DNA from: Lama guanicoe
Taxonomy: Eukaryota
Assembly (NCBI GenBank): GCA_013239625.1
Contig: MU054041.1
Coordinates: 62,001-126,000 of the forward strand
Length of the DNA stretch: 64,000 nt
Direction: 5' to 3'
Shown: positions 40,320 to 54,265 of the stretch, one piece after another
How positions within the stretch are numbered: position 1 is the first letter of the stretch
Layout of the letters: each line of letters begins with the position of its first letter
Made by a program: the position numbers and the translations under genes
The notes under the pieces: model-generated
What the model was told of the DNA's origin: nothing
What the model saw: only the letters and a program-made list of their open reading frames with translations
Database searches by the model: none

Positions 40320-40460
40320 TTCAGATTTGTCACATTTACCATACTCTCCCTGTGGCCAGTTGTAAGCCATGGGTGTGACATCACTGAATGCAGAGCTGGA
40401 CAATGGTGTGCACAACCAGCTCTCACAGGCCAGTAAAAATGGGCTCCAGAAGACTACTAT
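40320..40460 (-). mobile_element. MER63-like hAT-Blackjack fragment
   Basis: The reverse complement ctggagccc...gtgagagctggttgtgcac...ttcagtgatgtcac...ggccacagggagagtat matches the MER63 5' end. Confidence 0.7.
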
Positions 40461-41934
40461 TCAAGACTATGTATTAAATTATGATTAAGAACTTGCAAAT
40501 TTACAGTATTTAGACACATCAACATTTTCTAATGACTTGAATTTGGTTATAAGACTGCCACTAAATTACCTAATTCTTATAGATGGAAAGACACAAGGCA
40601 AAAGAAATAAATTTTCCACAGCTACATAGACAAAACATAACGGAAGTTGGATGGTATGGAAAACAGAGCTCTCAAATGGCATCCAAGATTCCTATTTCCT
40701 GATGTACATGCCTTGTACAGTTCCCTGCATTAGAATGTTGTCTGGAAAAGATGCACATGCAACATAAATTTTTTTAATATTCATAATATATATAAATATG
40801 ATTATATTATATAATGATTATATAAATATATAAAGATTATATTAAAAGGAAATTTAAAATGGGGATTAATCTTTTGAACATCATGGCTTGTTGAATTTTT
40901 TTTTTTTTCTTATTTGTCTCAGGCTAGTATATAATACCCTGAGTTCTGAGAAACACTAAATAATTTTATAAATATAGGTAGAGATTATACAGCCATCATT
41001 AGGAAAATACAGTTATTTTTAGATCAGAGAGTTTTCATGCATTTTCCTTTGAGTTAAATTGAAGATTTCATTCATGGTGGCCACAACTTCTAATTAAATC
41101 TCACTTTCCTTTTAAGATTTTTGTACACAAATGTCAATTCTGTTAACAGTGAACTCAACCACATATTGAATTTTTTACCTAAGTATACATGTTATGTAAA
41201 ATTGCTTCTTCCTTATATGTAAATAGACTAGCATAGGGTCTAGGCCTACTTACGTTTTCAAAGAAACTTAGTTTATAGCTATAGGAAATTGTTTCAGTTT
41301 TATATTTGTGTTGGAGCTTATTTGTACGGTAGAAAATATTAAGGAATATTTTTCTAATATACAGAGGGAATCCAGCAGAGTCAAAAGCAACTTAACTAAT
41401 TTCCCTAAAGGTATATCTGGCAAATTTGAGAAAACCAGTACAGCTTTGTGTTGCTTGAAACAAGAATCAGGCTTTCACATTGAGAGTATTAAGGAAGATT
41501 TCCTTTTCCGAGGTCAGTTTATCAGTTTATTAACTCTGTCATACCTTCCTTTATTTTTATATTTACATGTAGGAAAACAAATTTATCTCTTGAATGGAAA
41601 CTAAATATTCTTTCGGCTTCATTGCATTTAGTACTTTTGTCATCTGGCACTAGAAAAATAACAAAGCAAATACAAATACTATCTTTGCTTTTAAGTAATA
41701 AATTAATGATGGATCCACAGATTGTGACAGATTGTGTTCTGTCACAATCTGGACTTAATGAAGTAAGTAAGTGTTTAAAAATATGAAGAGAATGGTCAGC
41801 TGCACCAAAGAAGTAATATCTTGATTTATGTGGTCCTTAATGTTATTAACACGATATTAACAAACATTGGGTAATATGTAAGAAAAGTCACTGATTTTGG
41901 AATTAAAAAAAAACAAACCTGAGTAATTCTTTGT

Positions 41935-42612
41935 ATTATTTCTGTGTAATCTATTGCTGTGTAATAAGTAACAAAAATTTAGTTTCTTAAAATAATACAA
42001 ATGCATTATCTCAAAGCTTTCATGAGTTAGGAGTGCAAGGATAGGTTAGCCAGGTCCTCTACCCAGGGATCCTCCAGGCTGAAGTAGAAGTTTCGGCCTG
42101 GCTACAGTCTCATCTGGGGCTCATGATTCTCTCCCAAACTCCCTCGTAGCTAGCCAAATTCAGCTTCTCACCGAACTGAATTCCCCATTTAACTATTAGC
42201 TGAGGGGGGTCACTCTGCTTCTAGAGGCCACCTTCCAGTTCTTGCCACACAAATCCATCCGCAGTCAGTTTACAACATGGTTGGTTGCTTCTTCAATGCC
42301 AATAGGACAATTTCTGTTGCTTCTAATCTTTCTGTTTTTTTTATACCTCTAACCTCTAGATTTTCTTTTAAAAGTTCATCTGATTTAGTCAGGCCCATCA
42401 AGGCTAATCTTCCATTTGATTAAAGTCAACTTATTAGGGATCTGAATTTTATCGCCAAATTCTCTTCACCTTTGCCATACAATGTAACTTAATCAAGGAA
42501 GTGATAAACTCTATTTCACTCACAGGCACTCAAATGCAGGAGATTATACATACAAGGTATGTACAACTGGAGGTAGGAAACTCAAAAACAATCTTATAAT
42601 TCTGTTTAACAT
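41935..42612 (-). mobile_element. MaLR solo LTR (MLT1E-like)
   Basis: tctattgctgtgtaa...ttatctca... and gtcaggcccatcaaggctaatcttccatttgattaaagtcaact. Confidence 0.8.
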
Positions 42613-44319
42613 AGAGTCCAATATCCAATATGTTTTACCTATGTAACATTGAGCAATTTACTTCTTTACTCATCTGTAAAGTTAGGAAATGGTATTATAA
42701 ATATTTCCTCACAGAAACTTCTAGCTTTGACATTCTAAAATTCTATGATGGGGAGAAAGTCCAAAACTATTAACACTAACAAGGCACGGAGACACAGAGA
42801 TTTCTGGCAGCTCACAATGCTCTATGATTGTCTAGCAACAGTTTCAGGAGCTAGCCTTAGATTCAGAAAGTTGTGGGTAAGCAAGTAAATAAAGACATCA
42901 AGAGCAAGTTTTTAAATGAATTTAGGGCACACTTTTATTGCCAATCACCCCCTCATGCAACTGCTGTGGGATTCAAAGCATCACATGGGACATTAAATTA
43001 GTCACTGAACTATAATCATTATGGAAATTTAGAAATTTGAGAGGTTTGAGATAGCAGTAGTAAAACTGACTAAAACTCCAAAAGTTGACGTAATTTTAAT
43101 GGCCTCTCATCTAAAATGACAAGCTTATATTGCTATGTAATCTGTCATATTATAAAATTGTATTTCCAAGCTAATAAAATGGTTTATAAAAATTGACTTG
43201 AAATATATTAGTAGTAGTATATTAATATTAGAAAGATGCAAGAGTACATAAAACATAAACGCAACAAACTTCTCTAGAGAAAGTGTAGCAGTTGTGCCAG
43301 AAAACAGCGTTCTTTAGTAAAATCTAGAGAATGTAAGCTCTACTAGGGAAAAAAAATAAGATGGAATGGGACAGTAGTGTTTTCTCTTCCATTATAACCC
43401 TGTTGAAAGTATTCCAGACTTGAAACACCAGAGGGGTTCTTAAGCAGTGCTTCTGAAAACATGACAATGTACACTTTCTTTTTACATGGCATTCCACACA
43501 ACAGTTTTTCAAATAGTTTCCAAAAGTGTTTTATAGGATTAACTAACTCAAGACAATGTGGCACTGTGTGTGGTGCTTGAAAAATTCACAGAAGTGATCC
43601 TGGGCCAACGGATCTTACTCAATCTGGATAGACTGGTGGCCAAAAAGAAAGTACAAATCCTTCAATAATGTAAAGAAAATGGCAGTAATGATCTTCTGGG
43701 AGGTCTTTGAGGGGCTTAAGTGGTGACCTGGCAGCTAGCTTTGGTCAGAGTAAAACTAAAACACTAATCCTCCAGGGTTGAATAAGAGCTCTTAGAAAAA
43801 TTCAGAAGTACTTGAAATAATTGTCCTATTTACAAAGAAATGATAAGGAGGGTTAAAGTGATCATAAAGGCGATGCAGGTTACCAGGTAAATACCCATAA
43901 TGGTGAACTCCCTTTATTCACACTCCACCAGTCTGACTCTCAAAAGGGATTTGCTGTCTGACTGCCAAATTTACTGGTCTTGCTGTTAAAGGAGTTTTGA
44001 CTTAGAGGGAGGTAGAAAGCTTGAAATGCTTTACAGTGTGTTCTGCTGTTCTTAGAAAAGGCAGGCGGTCACAAGATGTGAGCAGCACAATGCTACAACT
44101 GGACTTCCAACAGTCACCCTAACATCAATCACTTAACTTACTGAGATATTTCAGAAAAAAAGGACATGAGCTCTTGCTCTGGTGCTATCCAAGGTCTCTA
44201 GATTTTCCATCGCTGATAGGAAAGTCAATTCACTAAGTTATTCTCCTTTTCAATCTAATTGATGAAAAGTTATTTAAGAGGAGAAACACTTGATGCATTT
44301 AGAAACTCAACGAAAAACT

Positions 44320-44860
44320 GGTGTAGTGTGAAGAATAGGCACTTGGGGGCTTATAAACCGTGTTAAAAATAACAGGAAGTCAAAAGAACTGGCAGTCTGC
44401 GCATAAATCTGGGCTCTTCTAGATCCCGTTTGACATTCGGCAAATTAATTTACCTGCTCTGAACCTTGGCCTCTATAACAATCTAACAAATGATTAAGTA
44501 TTACATAACAAAAAATACCTCTTTCACCCTGCTAAAACCGTAAACCACCCAGCACTCAATTTTCTCATTTGTCTTTTCTCCACAACTCTTATCATCATTA
44601 CATTCAATAGTCTGCCTACTTATTTTGTTTACTTTTGACTTCTCTTCCCCAGAGATGTAAGCTCCTCAAGAAAAGGTGTTTCTGTCTGTTTTGCCAACAG
44701 CATTATGTCTAGGGACTAGAATATTACCTAACACATAGTAAGGGATCATATTTATATTTGTTGAACAAATAAATCAATTCTTGTTTCAAAGGACCTTGTG
44801 GGAACAAAATGAAATGATTTATGTAAAGGATCAAGTCCACAGCACCTAAAAAATATTAGT
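44320..44860 (+). mobile_element. MIR fragments flanking a LINE-2 3' end (about 44520-44775)
   Basis: The L2 terminus gatgtaagctcctcaag...catagtaagg...atatttgttgaacaaataaat has MIR halves on both sides. Confidence 0.65.
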
Positions 44861-46261
44861 CCTTTCTTTCACACTCTTAATAGGTCTTTTCTTTTTAAGC
44901 ATACATAGGGATCTGTCTCCTCGTGAGTTCTGAGAATGCAAGTACTTCTTTTCTCTAATTTATTTATCTCTATATACCTATCACATGGCAAAGGGCTTGG
45001 CATGTTATTCAATAATTATCAAGCTGAATTAATGAGTGAATAACATTGTAATATGATTGAAAAACACGTGAGGGATACCTAAAGGCACAAAGTGCATCCT
45101 TCTAGTGAATGAGGTAATATAATTATCATTCAGCAAATCATTATTGGCAAAATCTCTATAGCTAGAGGTTAATTCAGAAGATTTGGGATTTCACAAAACA
45201 ATGCAGAATATTTTGTAAGTCATTTTAATCTTTTTCATTTAACCTATTTTTCCCAAAAAGGCATGTATTGTGTTCCATTTGTGTTGATTCCATAAATAAT
45301 TATCACAGTCCATTATATATATATATATATGTATTTTCCTTGTAGAAAAAGTTACCAAGATACATTTATAATCTGGGAACATCATTTTTCTTCCTTTGAA
45401 ACCAATCTGCTGAAATCCAAATACTAGAAACAATATTGTTTTATTAACTGCTATAACCAGACTATACCTACTGAACTTTAATGATGACAGAGGAAAACTG
45501 AAGAGCCATGGTTTCAACTAGATTTGTCTCTTTGGTTAAGACACATGCTAGGGGGATTTCACATTCTCAGCTGCAGCTGCTGACAGAAAATTCAAAACAG
45601 AAGACATTATAGTCTCTAAAGAGCATGGCAGCATTGCTGGTGTTCCAGACAGTCTTGAACATAAAAAGAGATACATTAACATAATGAATAAAGCATTAAG
45701 ATCGGTTCAAGGCTGGCACCCCTCAGAGGTTCTAAGATTTGGAAACTTGGAATCAGTGAAGTCTAACAGCAGTTAAGAGACTAGGGAGCTGCTCAGGAGC
45801 AGAAATCCAATTTGGATAGAGGAGGTTAAAAGGTTGTAATATGTTAGAGAGGTAAATGGGAAAGATTAACAGGATCTCGGTCGCAGAAGTGCTAAAATTC
45901 TAGACAGTTCTCTAAGAAAGGGGTACAAGGAAATGGAGTAAAATTCAGTTATAAGGACAGAAGCCCCAAGTCAGTTAGCAACAAGAGTGATTTTGCTGAT
46001 TCCAAAGTGTTCTTCAGTTATGAATAATTAACTCACACTGAGTTTTATACTAGGAAGAGCCTGAAATGGGAGTAAAACTGTCATAGCTTTAGCATAGTAA
46101 GCGCTCCTATTGCATGAAGTCCAGAAAGCTTTAAAGATATGGCCAATCTTACATATATCATTTAGAAAAAACGAAACTGTGAGTCTCCAAAGAATCAGTG
46201 AAAGAAAAAGTTTTATGCTATTAATGTAGATTTTCTTTAATCACATTTGTATAAATGACAT

Positions 46262-47520
46262 TAAAATTTATTTTGAAGTAATTTCAAACTAGTTACAAAA
46301 TTAATACAAATAGCTTTCTCCCCCCCAAGACATTTGAGAGTAATCTACTGACAAAATGGCCCATCTCCACCTAATACTTTAGTGTATAAATTGCACAAAC
46401 AAGGATGTTACTCCATGTACAGACAATAAACCATGAGAATTAAAAAATAAAGTTGGATACATTATTACTACCTAATCTAGCTAATCCTTGTTGCCAAAAG
46501 CCTCAATGATGTTGTTTACAGAAAAAGCGCCAGCTTCAGGTCATCTGTACTAATTTGTTATGTCTCTTTATTATACTCCAGTCTGAACCTCTTAGTCTTT
46601 GACATTCATGATCTGAGGACATTTGTATTTGCATTAATAATTTTGCAGAATATTCCTCAATATGGGTTTATCTGAACAGTCATCATTAGCAGTTTCAGGC
46701 TGTGCGTTTTCGATACATTTGTCACAAGTGTCATGCTCTAGTCTTTGACTTGCATCTTATCAGGTCCCACACGATTTCAATTTTTAAGAAGTTAATTTTG
46801 TTTGCTTGATTAAATCAATGGTTGCCAGCTTTTCTTTGTTGTGAGATTACTGTATTTTCTTCATTTTGATGAGAAATAAAGTCTATATAAACATCCTATT
46901 TCTGAAAAATTTTTATCTCCACTGCTTTTACTTAACTGAATTATTACTACGATGGTTATCTAATAGTACTTTTCTAATCCCAATATTTTTTCTACAATTA
47001 AATGTTGTATTTTTATTGTAAACAATATCTTTCTATTCATTGATTCATTCACTTCTATCAGTATGGACTCATAAGATGCTATTTTATTCAACAGGTTATT
47101 TATTTTGACATACAAATTACTCTAGGTTTTGTTATGTAGGAGCCTCATCAAAATGAAGTGTTTTTTTGACGTTTCCATCATTCTTTGATCTGTCTTTTCT
47201 CTAAGAAGCCTGGCTTCCTTTTTGTGGGAACCATATTTAGAAATCAAACATACCGCTAGCTACTCATCAGTTTTGGAAGGAGTTAGAGAACGCATGTATA
47301 GATACACACATACTTTAATATCTACAGTTATTTCTCTTTACATATTTAAATGTTTACACCAGTGGTTCTAATTCTAATCCAATACTGCAGGATTCATCCT
47401 AGTGGTCTTCCTTTTCCTGTCTCTGTCCCCTTTTTCTGACAACGATAAAGCTGGTTCCCATTATTCTCAACATAATTACTTATTATTTTAGTCTCTGGAG
47501 TATGGAACCAATCTCTAATG
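46262..47520 (-). mobile_element. L1MC4/5-like 3' UTR, diverged
   Basis: Starts aatttattttgaagtaatttcaaact, then ctaatactttagtgtat...aacaaggatgt. Confidence 0.7.
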
Positions 47521-49874
47521 GCCATTACTGTCTCCTCACCCCCATTAGCATCTCTGCTGGCTGCCTGAGCTGTGACACCTCATGCTGGGCCTTGCCTCCC
47601 CTTTACCCTTCTACCTTCTCACCCAACCCTCCCTCTCAGGAGGCTGCCTATCTGTCTCAGCCATCACCAAATTATTTTTAATTACATTTTTAGGTCATCT
47701 TTAATAAAAACTGCTATTCCATCCTGACTTTAAAAACACGGTAATTCTCCCATGCTGGTTCTCTCTAGGGTGTCACTTCTTTATTTAACTACTACTCTGC
47801 TTTTTTCCCCCATCTTTCTTGGGATTTTCAAAGGGAAGCCAGTTACACACTGACATTTTTATTCTTCAATTCTGATGACAAGTTTACTGCGAAGAGGATA
47901 TAGCTACAAAGATCTAGCTAATCCAAGCATAGTAAAACTATTCCTTGAACACTGAGCAGTGCTCTTCCCTCAAGCTTTTAGAATTCTGTCTACCACATCC
48001 AGAGAGTTGCATTAAGAACTAATAAAGCTCTATATGCAGACATATACCCACCCACATACACACTTACACTGAAATACATATGCATTTACAGAGAAGTTCT
48101 TGCCCACCTCCCATAGTTTTCATCATTCTTAGAATGATACCTGCAACATTTTGGCACTGCTAAAAGCCAACACTTCATAATATTAATATAAGCCATCCAT
48201 TCTTAAGTGGAATGCTTTTGTCTCAAAGAAAAAAAGAAGTGATTCTTATGGTGAAGAAGAAATTACAACTTTTTAATGTATAAAGCACAAATATGCTTAC
48301 AGTATATACACACTGGCACACACCCATATACACACACTATACCTGTGGTATTCAAATACCATGGGAAAAGTGATTAGAAGAAATGTGCAATAAAATGAAA
48401 GTCTCCTTAGGAGGGCAATAATGGAAAAGATTTGAGACCTACTACTGTGTGCCTATCACTTTACAGAGGCATCTCTGTCATCATCAAGTAAAATACCATC
48501 TTGGTTGAAAATTCACCCATGCCCTGTGACCTCCTGGGCCTGCTGTCATGGCACTGGAGATGGTCTAAAGTGTTTCTGTGAGCTACAGGTCATTTAATTC
48601 TTTCACAGGTAACAGACTAACCTTGAAGTTTTCTAGTTTTCAAAGACACTCTCTTTGGGTAATCCTATATCTAGCATTGCAACTCCTTAAGAGGTGGTCC
48701 TGTGTTAAATGTTAGTAATTCCCTAACTAGGGAGATCAAAAATTAGTTAGTTGGCTAGTTATTTAGCTGGTTTCTTTACTCATCTATTCAGATATATATT
48801 GGACAGGAGCTTGATGGTAGATCACAATTATATTCAAATCTGGAATCTCAAATTCTCCTAAAGGCTATGGTATGGTTATTACAAATTAGTAGCACGTCAG
48901 ATATGAATCTCAAACTTCTAATACTCAATCACTCCTTCATTACAGAAAGCCTACCGGGCATTGAGCCAGGCTATGAGATTACAGGTTTAAATAACACACA
49001 GTTCCTGCTCAGGATTTTTACCATATAACAGCAGATACCATGCAAAGGAGAAAAGCAATTACTCATCACTTACATGAGGCGACCAATATATTCCTGCATG
49101 ATATATAGATTAATAAAAAGTAATTTCATCACCCTCTTGTCTTATTGTAATTAATTTACGTTATGTTATTTTCCTACAATATTACATCTGCAATATTAAG
49201 GATATAGAATGGAATTTATAAAAGCAATAATGTGGAACGGAAGCATATACTGTATCTTTGTTTACAGACAGCTTTGTTATGATACCTGTGGTCAGAGTAT
49301 CATAGAATTTTATAGCTGGCAAGGATACTGGTTGGTCTATTCACAAAGTGAAGTATTTTATCTTTAGAAATATCTCCTTGTAGCACTATAAGGAGCTATT
49401 TGCTTAAATATCAATCAAACTAGCTTCTGGTACTACAGCAGAAGAAAAAAGGTGGACAGACGGCAGTTTTCTGTGCTAATTTTGAAAAAGTTGTATACTA
49501 CACCAAGAGTAAAGTAATACACAATATACAATAATCACATAAACCCTAGACCTAAAGCAATGCTGGCTAAACAATAAACACTTTTGTCAATTTTCAGAGT
49601 TTAGAAAATTATGGACACAGGGCTTACAGATCCAAAATTTGTTGAACTTTCTGTGACTGAAACAAATTTTTCAAAGCACAATATAAAACTGTGAGTCAGA
49701 AAAGATTTGAAGCATACTCTTCCTTAAGGTAATATGATTTAGAAAGTGGTTTTACCTTCAGACTTATTGTTTTGGGGACACAAGAGGAGATAAACATCTA
49801 GTATGCACAAAAAGTTTTTTTTTCCTGAATCTTTCTCCTTATATCTGTGGTTGTTTAAAAAGTTTACACTTTTT

Positions 49875-50182
49875 GAAAAATACCATATGAGATCGCTCAT
49901 ATGTGGAATCTAAAGACTCATGGACAGAGAATACAGACTTGTGGTTACCAGGGGGGTAGAGGGTGGGAAGGGATAGACTGGGATTTCAAAGTTGTAGAAT
50001 AGATAAACAAGATTACACTGTATAGCACAGGGAAATATACACAAAATGTTATGATAAAATCACAGAGAAAAAAAATGTGACAATGAGTGTGTATATGTCC
50101 ATGAATGACTCAAAAATTGTGCTGAACACTGGAATTTGACACAACATTGTAAAATGATTATAAATCAATAAAAAATGTTAAA
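49875..50182 (+). mobile_element. Young 5'-truncated camelid-type LINE-1 with a perfect 18-bp TSD
   Basis: TSD aaaaagtttacacttttt at 49857-49874 and 50183-50200. The body closely matches the 3' UTR at about 12130-12490. Confidence 0.97.
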
Positions 50183-50559
50183 AAAAAGTTTACACTTTTT
50201 ATTGGTAATTGAAAATTACCAATGCACAAGAAGAATTTTGATCTGTCATTCTATTAAATGGAGGATAGTATGAAAGGAACGCTGAACACTCTGACACTGC
50301 ACACTGAATAACATCTGAGAAAGCATCACTGTAAGCAGGTCAAGCAGATGTAACTGGAAACTGGTTTTATCCAGGCTAAAAGCAATGACTACTCAAAACG
50401 ACTTAAAAGCTATTGAAACTAAATGTTATAAATTAGTTGATCTTTTTAAAATTAAAATTAGGTTTTAACATTTCACTGAGATTAATGTCTCCTGAAATTA
50501 TATTCAATTTCAGGTAAATATTGTGCCTTTGATATTACTGAATTCACATAAGAACTTTA

Positions 50560-50906
50560 ATTTTTATGTTGAGGTGTAACTGGCATACAACAATACTAGT
50601 TTCAAGTGTACAACATAATGATTCGATATTGGCATATACTGCAGAATGATCAACACAACGAGCCTAGTTAACAGCTGTCATTATACATACTTACAGATGT
50701 TCCTTCCCTTGTGGTGAGAACTTTTAAGATCTGCTCTCTTAGCAACTTTCAAATATGCAGTACAGTATTACTAACTATAGTCACCGTGCTGTACCTTACA
50801 TCTTAACTTATTTTATAAGTAGAAGTTTGTACCTTTTGACTCTTTTCACCCAGTTTGCCTACCCCCTATCCCCACCTCTGGCAACCACCGATCTGCCCTC
50901 TGAATG
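50560..50906 (-). mobile_element. LINE-1 3' UTR stub (L1MA9-derived type) with TSD
   Basis: gtggtgagaacttttaagatctgctctcttagcaactttcaaatat. Flanking taagaacttt at 50549-50558 and 50910-50919. Confidence 0.9.
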
Positions 50907-51389
50907 ATGTAAGAACTTTTAAATGCTGAGTAATACCGTCCATTTAAAAACCTTTCTTAAAAAAAGAATGGAACATGAATAAATAATTAATAATGACATA
51001 ATAAAGCCACAAATAGGCAAAAAAGAGTAGAATTATAATCACAAAAACTTACAATTTCCCTATATTTATAATATATATTACATAATAATATAATTATAAA
51101 GAGAGAGAGACAGAAAACCATCCCAACATTCTTAGGAACTATGCTGACTTCTGAAATTGGTGACTATCACAGGGCTAGATTCTGCAGATTTTAGAAAGAG
51201 GAAGTGTCACTTTTCATAGACCTCTTCAACAGATACCAGGTTCATTTTATGAGTTCAAAGTACAAAGTCTTCTTGAATACTTAACAACAGGAAGATTAAA
51301 TGAGGACTTAAATTACCATTGTAAATTCAATTTCCATAATTGATAAATAAATTTAGCCCTATTATAACCAATCTTAGAAACTAGTTACA

Positions 51390-52420
51390 GAATTCCAGTC
51401 AATGTGATGGAGTAAGCTGATGTGGAAGAACTCACCTTATGTTTAAAAATGATAGTTGTTGTCTACAATCTTTTAAAAGTGTGTATATATAACTGAGTCT
51501 GATACCAAGAGAGCAAATATCCTTGTGCTAGAAATGATGACGAGAATATCAGGCAGTACTTACTCATCACAAAAGCCCAGGAGAAGATAAGAAGTCAGGG
51601 CTCAGGTTACAGATGCATCAGTGAGATAGAGCTTAATTATCTGAATAAAGACAAAAATGATACAGAATGGGGACTCAACAACAAAAACAGAAACACCAAA
51701 TTGGATCCACCACTTTAGAAAGCAGCAAGAGTATCTGCCATCTTATAACTTTTGGTGAAAGCTGCCATCCCTGAAAAACTGGAGCTTCATGCCAGCACCT
51801 CGCTATAGGGTCCAAATTTACACTATGAAAAGTAAGAGAACAGCATAAGCACCAATCCAGACCCATATGGCCCTGGCAGTGGTGAACATTAAACTGTCTT
51901 CTAGAGTTCATCCCACAGTTCAGGGACACAGCAATCCCATGGAAAGCAATGCCTGTGAAGCTAAACTCAGAACCAAAGATTTTAAAACATGGCAAAGAAA
52001 TGAACTGTCACAGAGAGTGAAGGGTTGGAAAAAAAAAAACAAAACGCTAACTTGACCCTCAAAAGCTAAACATTAGAAAAAAATCTTTAAGGGATATCAA
52101 AATTGGCTTATTTTGCTCTAAGAGAAAGAAAAATTCAGGCAGATTTGAAAAGGAACCAAATAGAAATTACAGAAATGAAAACTGCAGTCACTGAAATTAA
52201 CAATAAAAATAAAATAAAATCTTAAGCTATAGTTTGAACTGTGGACTAGCCATAGTTGTATAAATACTGAACTGTAAAAACAATTTGAGTTGTCACAGAG
52301 AAAACAATGAATAATATAAAAGATAATTGAGACATAGAAGACAGAAGGAGAAAGTTCTAAGAAAGGTGATAATAAAAAAGATGGAGCAAATATGCATTTC
52401 CAGGGAATGAGGGCTTGAAT
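51390..52420 (+). mobile_element. Ancient L1/HAL1-like 5' and ORF1 remnant
   Basis: gatttgaaaaggaaccaaatagaaattacagaaatgaaaa, gagacatagaagacagaaggagaaagttcta. Confidence 0.6.
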
Positions 52421-52614
52421 TTTAGGTAATTTTTCTAAGATGGTGGTGATGATTTCTTAAAGAAAATAGATCAAAGTATTATTTTAAGGTAATCTGAATC
52501 GAATTCAAGGAGAAGCAAAATGCCTTCTACCTGCTTCTAATATTTTATTGAGTTTTGTCTTTAAATAAAATGCTATTAAAATAATCCTATCTATTATTTC
52601 TAAAGGTCTTGGTA

Positions 52615-52845
52615 TATGTCGAGCACTTTAACAAGCACTTTAAATTTATTTATCTCCTCCAATCCTGGTAATACCTACATAAGATAGGTACCATTTTTGT
52701 CTCTCTTGGTACCGCTAAGGAAACTGAGGTTTAGAGGGAGCTGAGTAACTTGCAAAAGCTTTAGACAATTCATGGGTGGACTCTAGATTCCAACAGTGGT
52801 TATCTGGCTCCAGTCCATGCACTTAGCAACTGTCCTATTCTGCCA
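52615..52845 (-). mobile_element. MIR SINE
   Basis: Core aaggaaactgaggtttagagggagctgagtaacttgc. Confidence 0.8.
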
Positions 52846-53259
52846 TTTTAAAAGAAAGAAATTGCAGGTTTAAATATGCTGAAGCAAAAGATTTTAAAGC
52901 AAACCAAAAAGAAATAAAACTTCCTGGCCAAAATTTTAAAATCCTTGTCTGTAGAATACAGATATCCTACTCAAGCCACAGTGGTTTTAATGTGTCTTGC
53001 TTAACAGACATCTGAATCTCTCTATGAAGCTCCCACTATGTGATCCTAAGAGTCAAAAAGCCCCTAAATTTATCTGATAACCTTGATAGCTGAAACAAAT
53101 GTTTTTACTGTGACAATCTAAAAACCTCAAGTTCTCTTATAAAACCCTCTGCCTTCAACCTCATCTCAGTACAAAATGTGTTTTAAGCTGTAACTGACTT
53201 CTTTCAGTTTTCAAGATTTACATTATTTGCCTGCTCAAAGGACAAGATAAATAAGGAGA

Positions 53260-54010
53260 GTAATAGATTTTAAGCCATAGACTAAAATAACTGTCCATGA
53301 GCCCAGACAATATAAATAAATAATTGAATTATTGAGTAAAGGTGGAGAAGGGATAGCTCTTTTGTACAGCAGAATTCCTAAATCATCATTAGGCAAACAG
53401 CACAGTCCTAACTGCTATAGGCAAGAACCATCAACAGATGGTGAACTGGTGGGTTAAAGGATAAGAAACAAGAGATTTGCATAGTCTCAAAGTATTTCTT
53501 GACAAGACATTTATTAATTCCAAGGAGATAAGTAACTTTACAATGGAAAAACCCAGAAGACATCGCCTTAACAAAGTCACCAATATTGTCACTGTAATGA
53601 GACGTATCTACACTATGTGCTTCCCAATATGATGAACTGAGAAGGGCACCAGTTACTTCTACAGTATTTTAGCCAAAACTCAAGAACAAAACCATCATGA
53701 GAAAATATTAGACTAACCAAACCTGAAGAACATTCCACAAAATAACTGGCCAGTACTCTTCAACAGTGTCACGGTCATGAAAAACAAAGGCAATCTGATG
53801 AATTGTCACAAATTGGAGAAGACTAAGAACACATGGCAAGTAAATAAAATCTCAGATTGAATCCTGGGACCAGGAAAAAAAAACACATACAGGTAATTAC
53901 AATACTTTCTCTACTGTAGTTAGCAGTATTGAATCAATGCTGATATCATTGTTTAAATAATTCTATGTAAAACACTTTTTATAAGTCTAAAATTATTTCA
54001 AAGCATAAAG
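53260..54010 (+). mobile_element. L1MC4/L1ME-like 3' UTR
   Basis: gtaactttacaatggaaaaacc...gaacattccacaaaataactggccagtactcttcaa...taagtctaaaattatttcaa. Confidence 0.78.
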
Positions 54011-54265
54011 ACAATAAAGGATAATCATTCAATTGGAATCATTATATTCCATTAGATAATATTTGGTATTTGCTAGAGAATTCTTTCCCTCCTATGACCC
54101 TATAAACTATCATTTATTCACTAATTTATTGCCTTTGTCTTGATACAACCATACATTCACACAATTATAGCTATCCGTACAGATCTCTTTTGAAATCTGA
54201 TTAAATTTTATTAAATAAATATCACTGCTACTCACCATAGATCATGCCTATACAGAGTTGCCTAA

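Noticed and set aside
40780..40845. AT-rich quasi-palindromic tract (also 51060-51100)
   Set aside because: Ordinary low-complexity (TA)n-derived sequence.
53475..53500. ttgcatagtctcaaagt resembles miR-153
   Set aside because: It has mismatches, no hairpin partner, and lies inside an L1 3' UTR.
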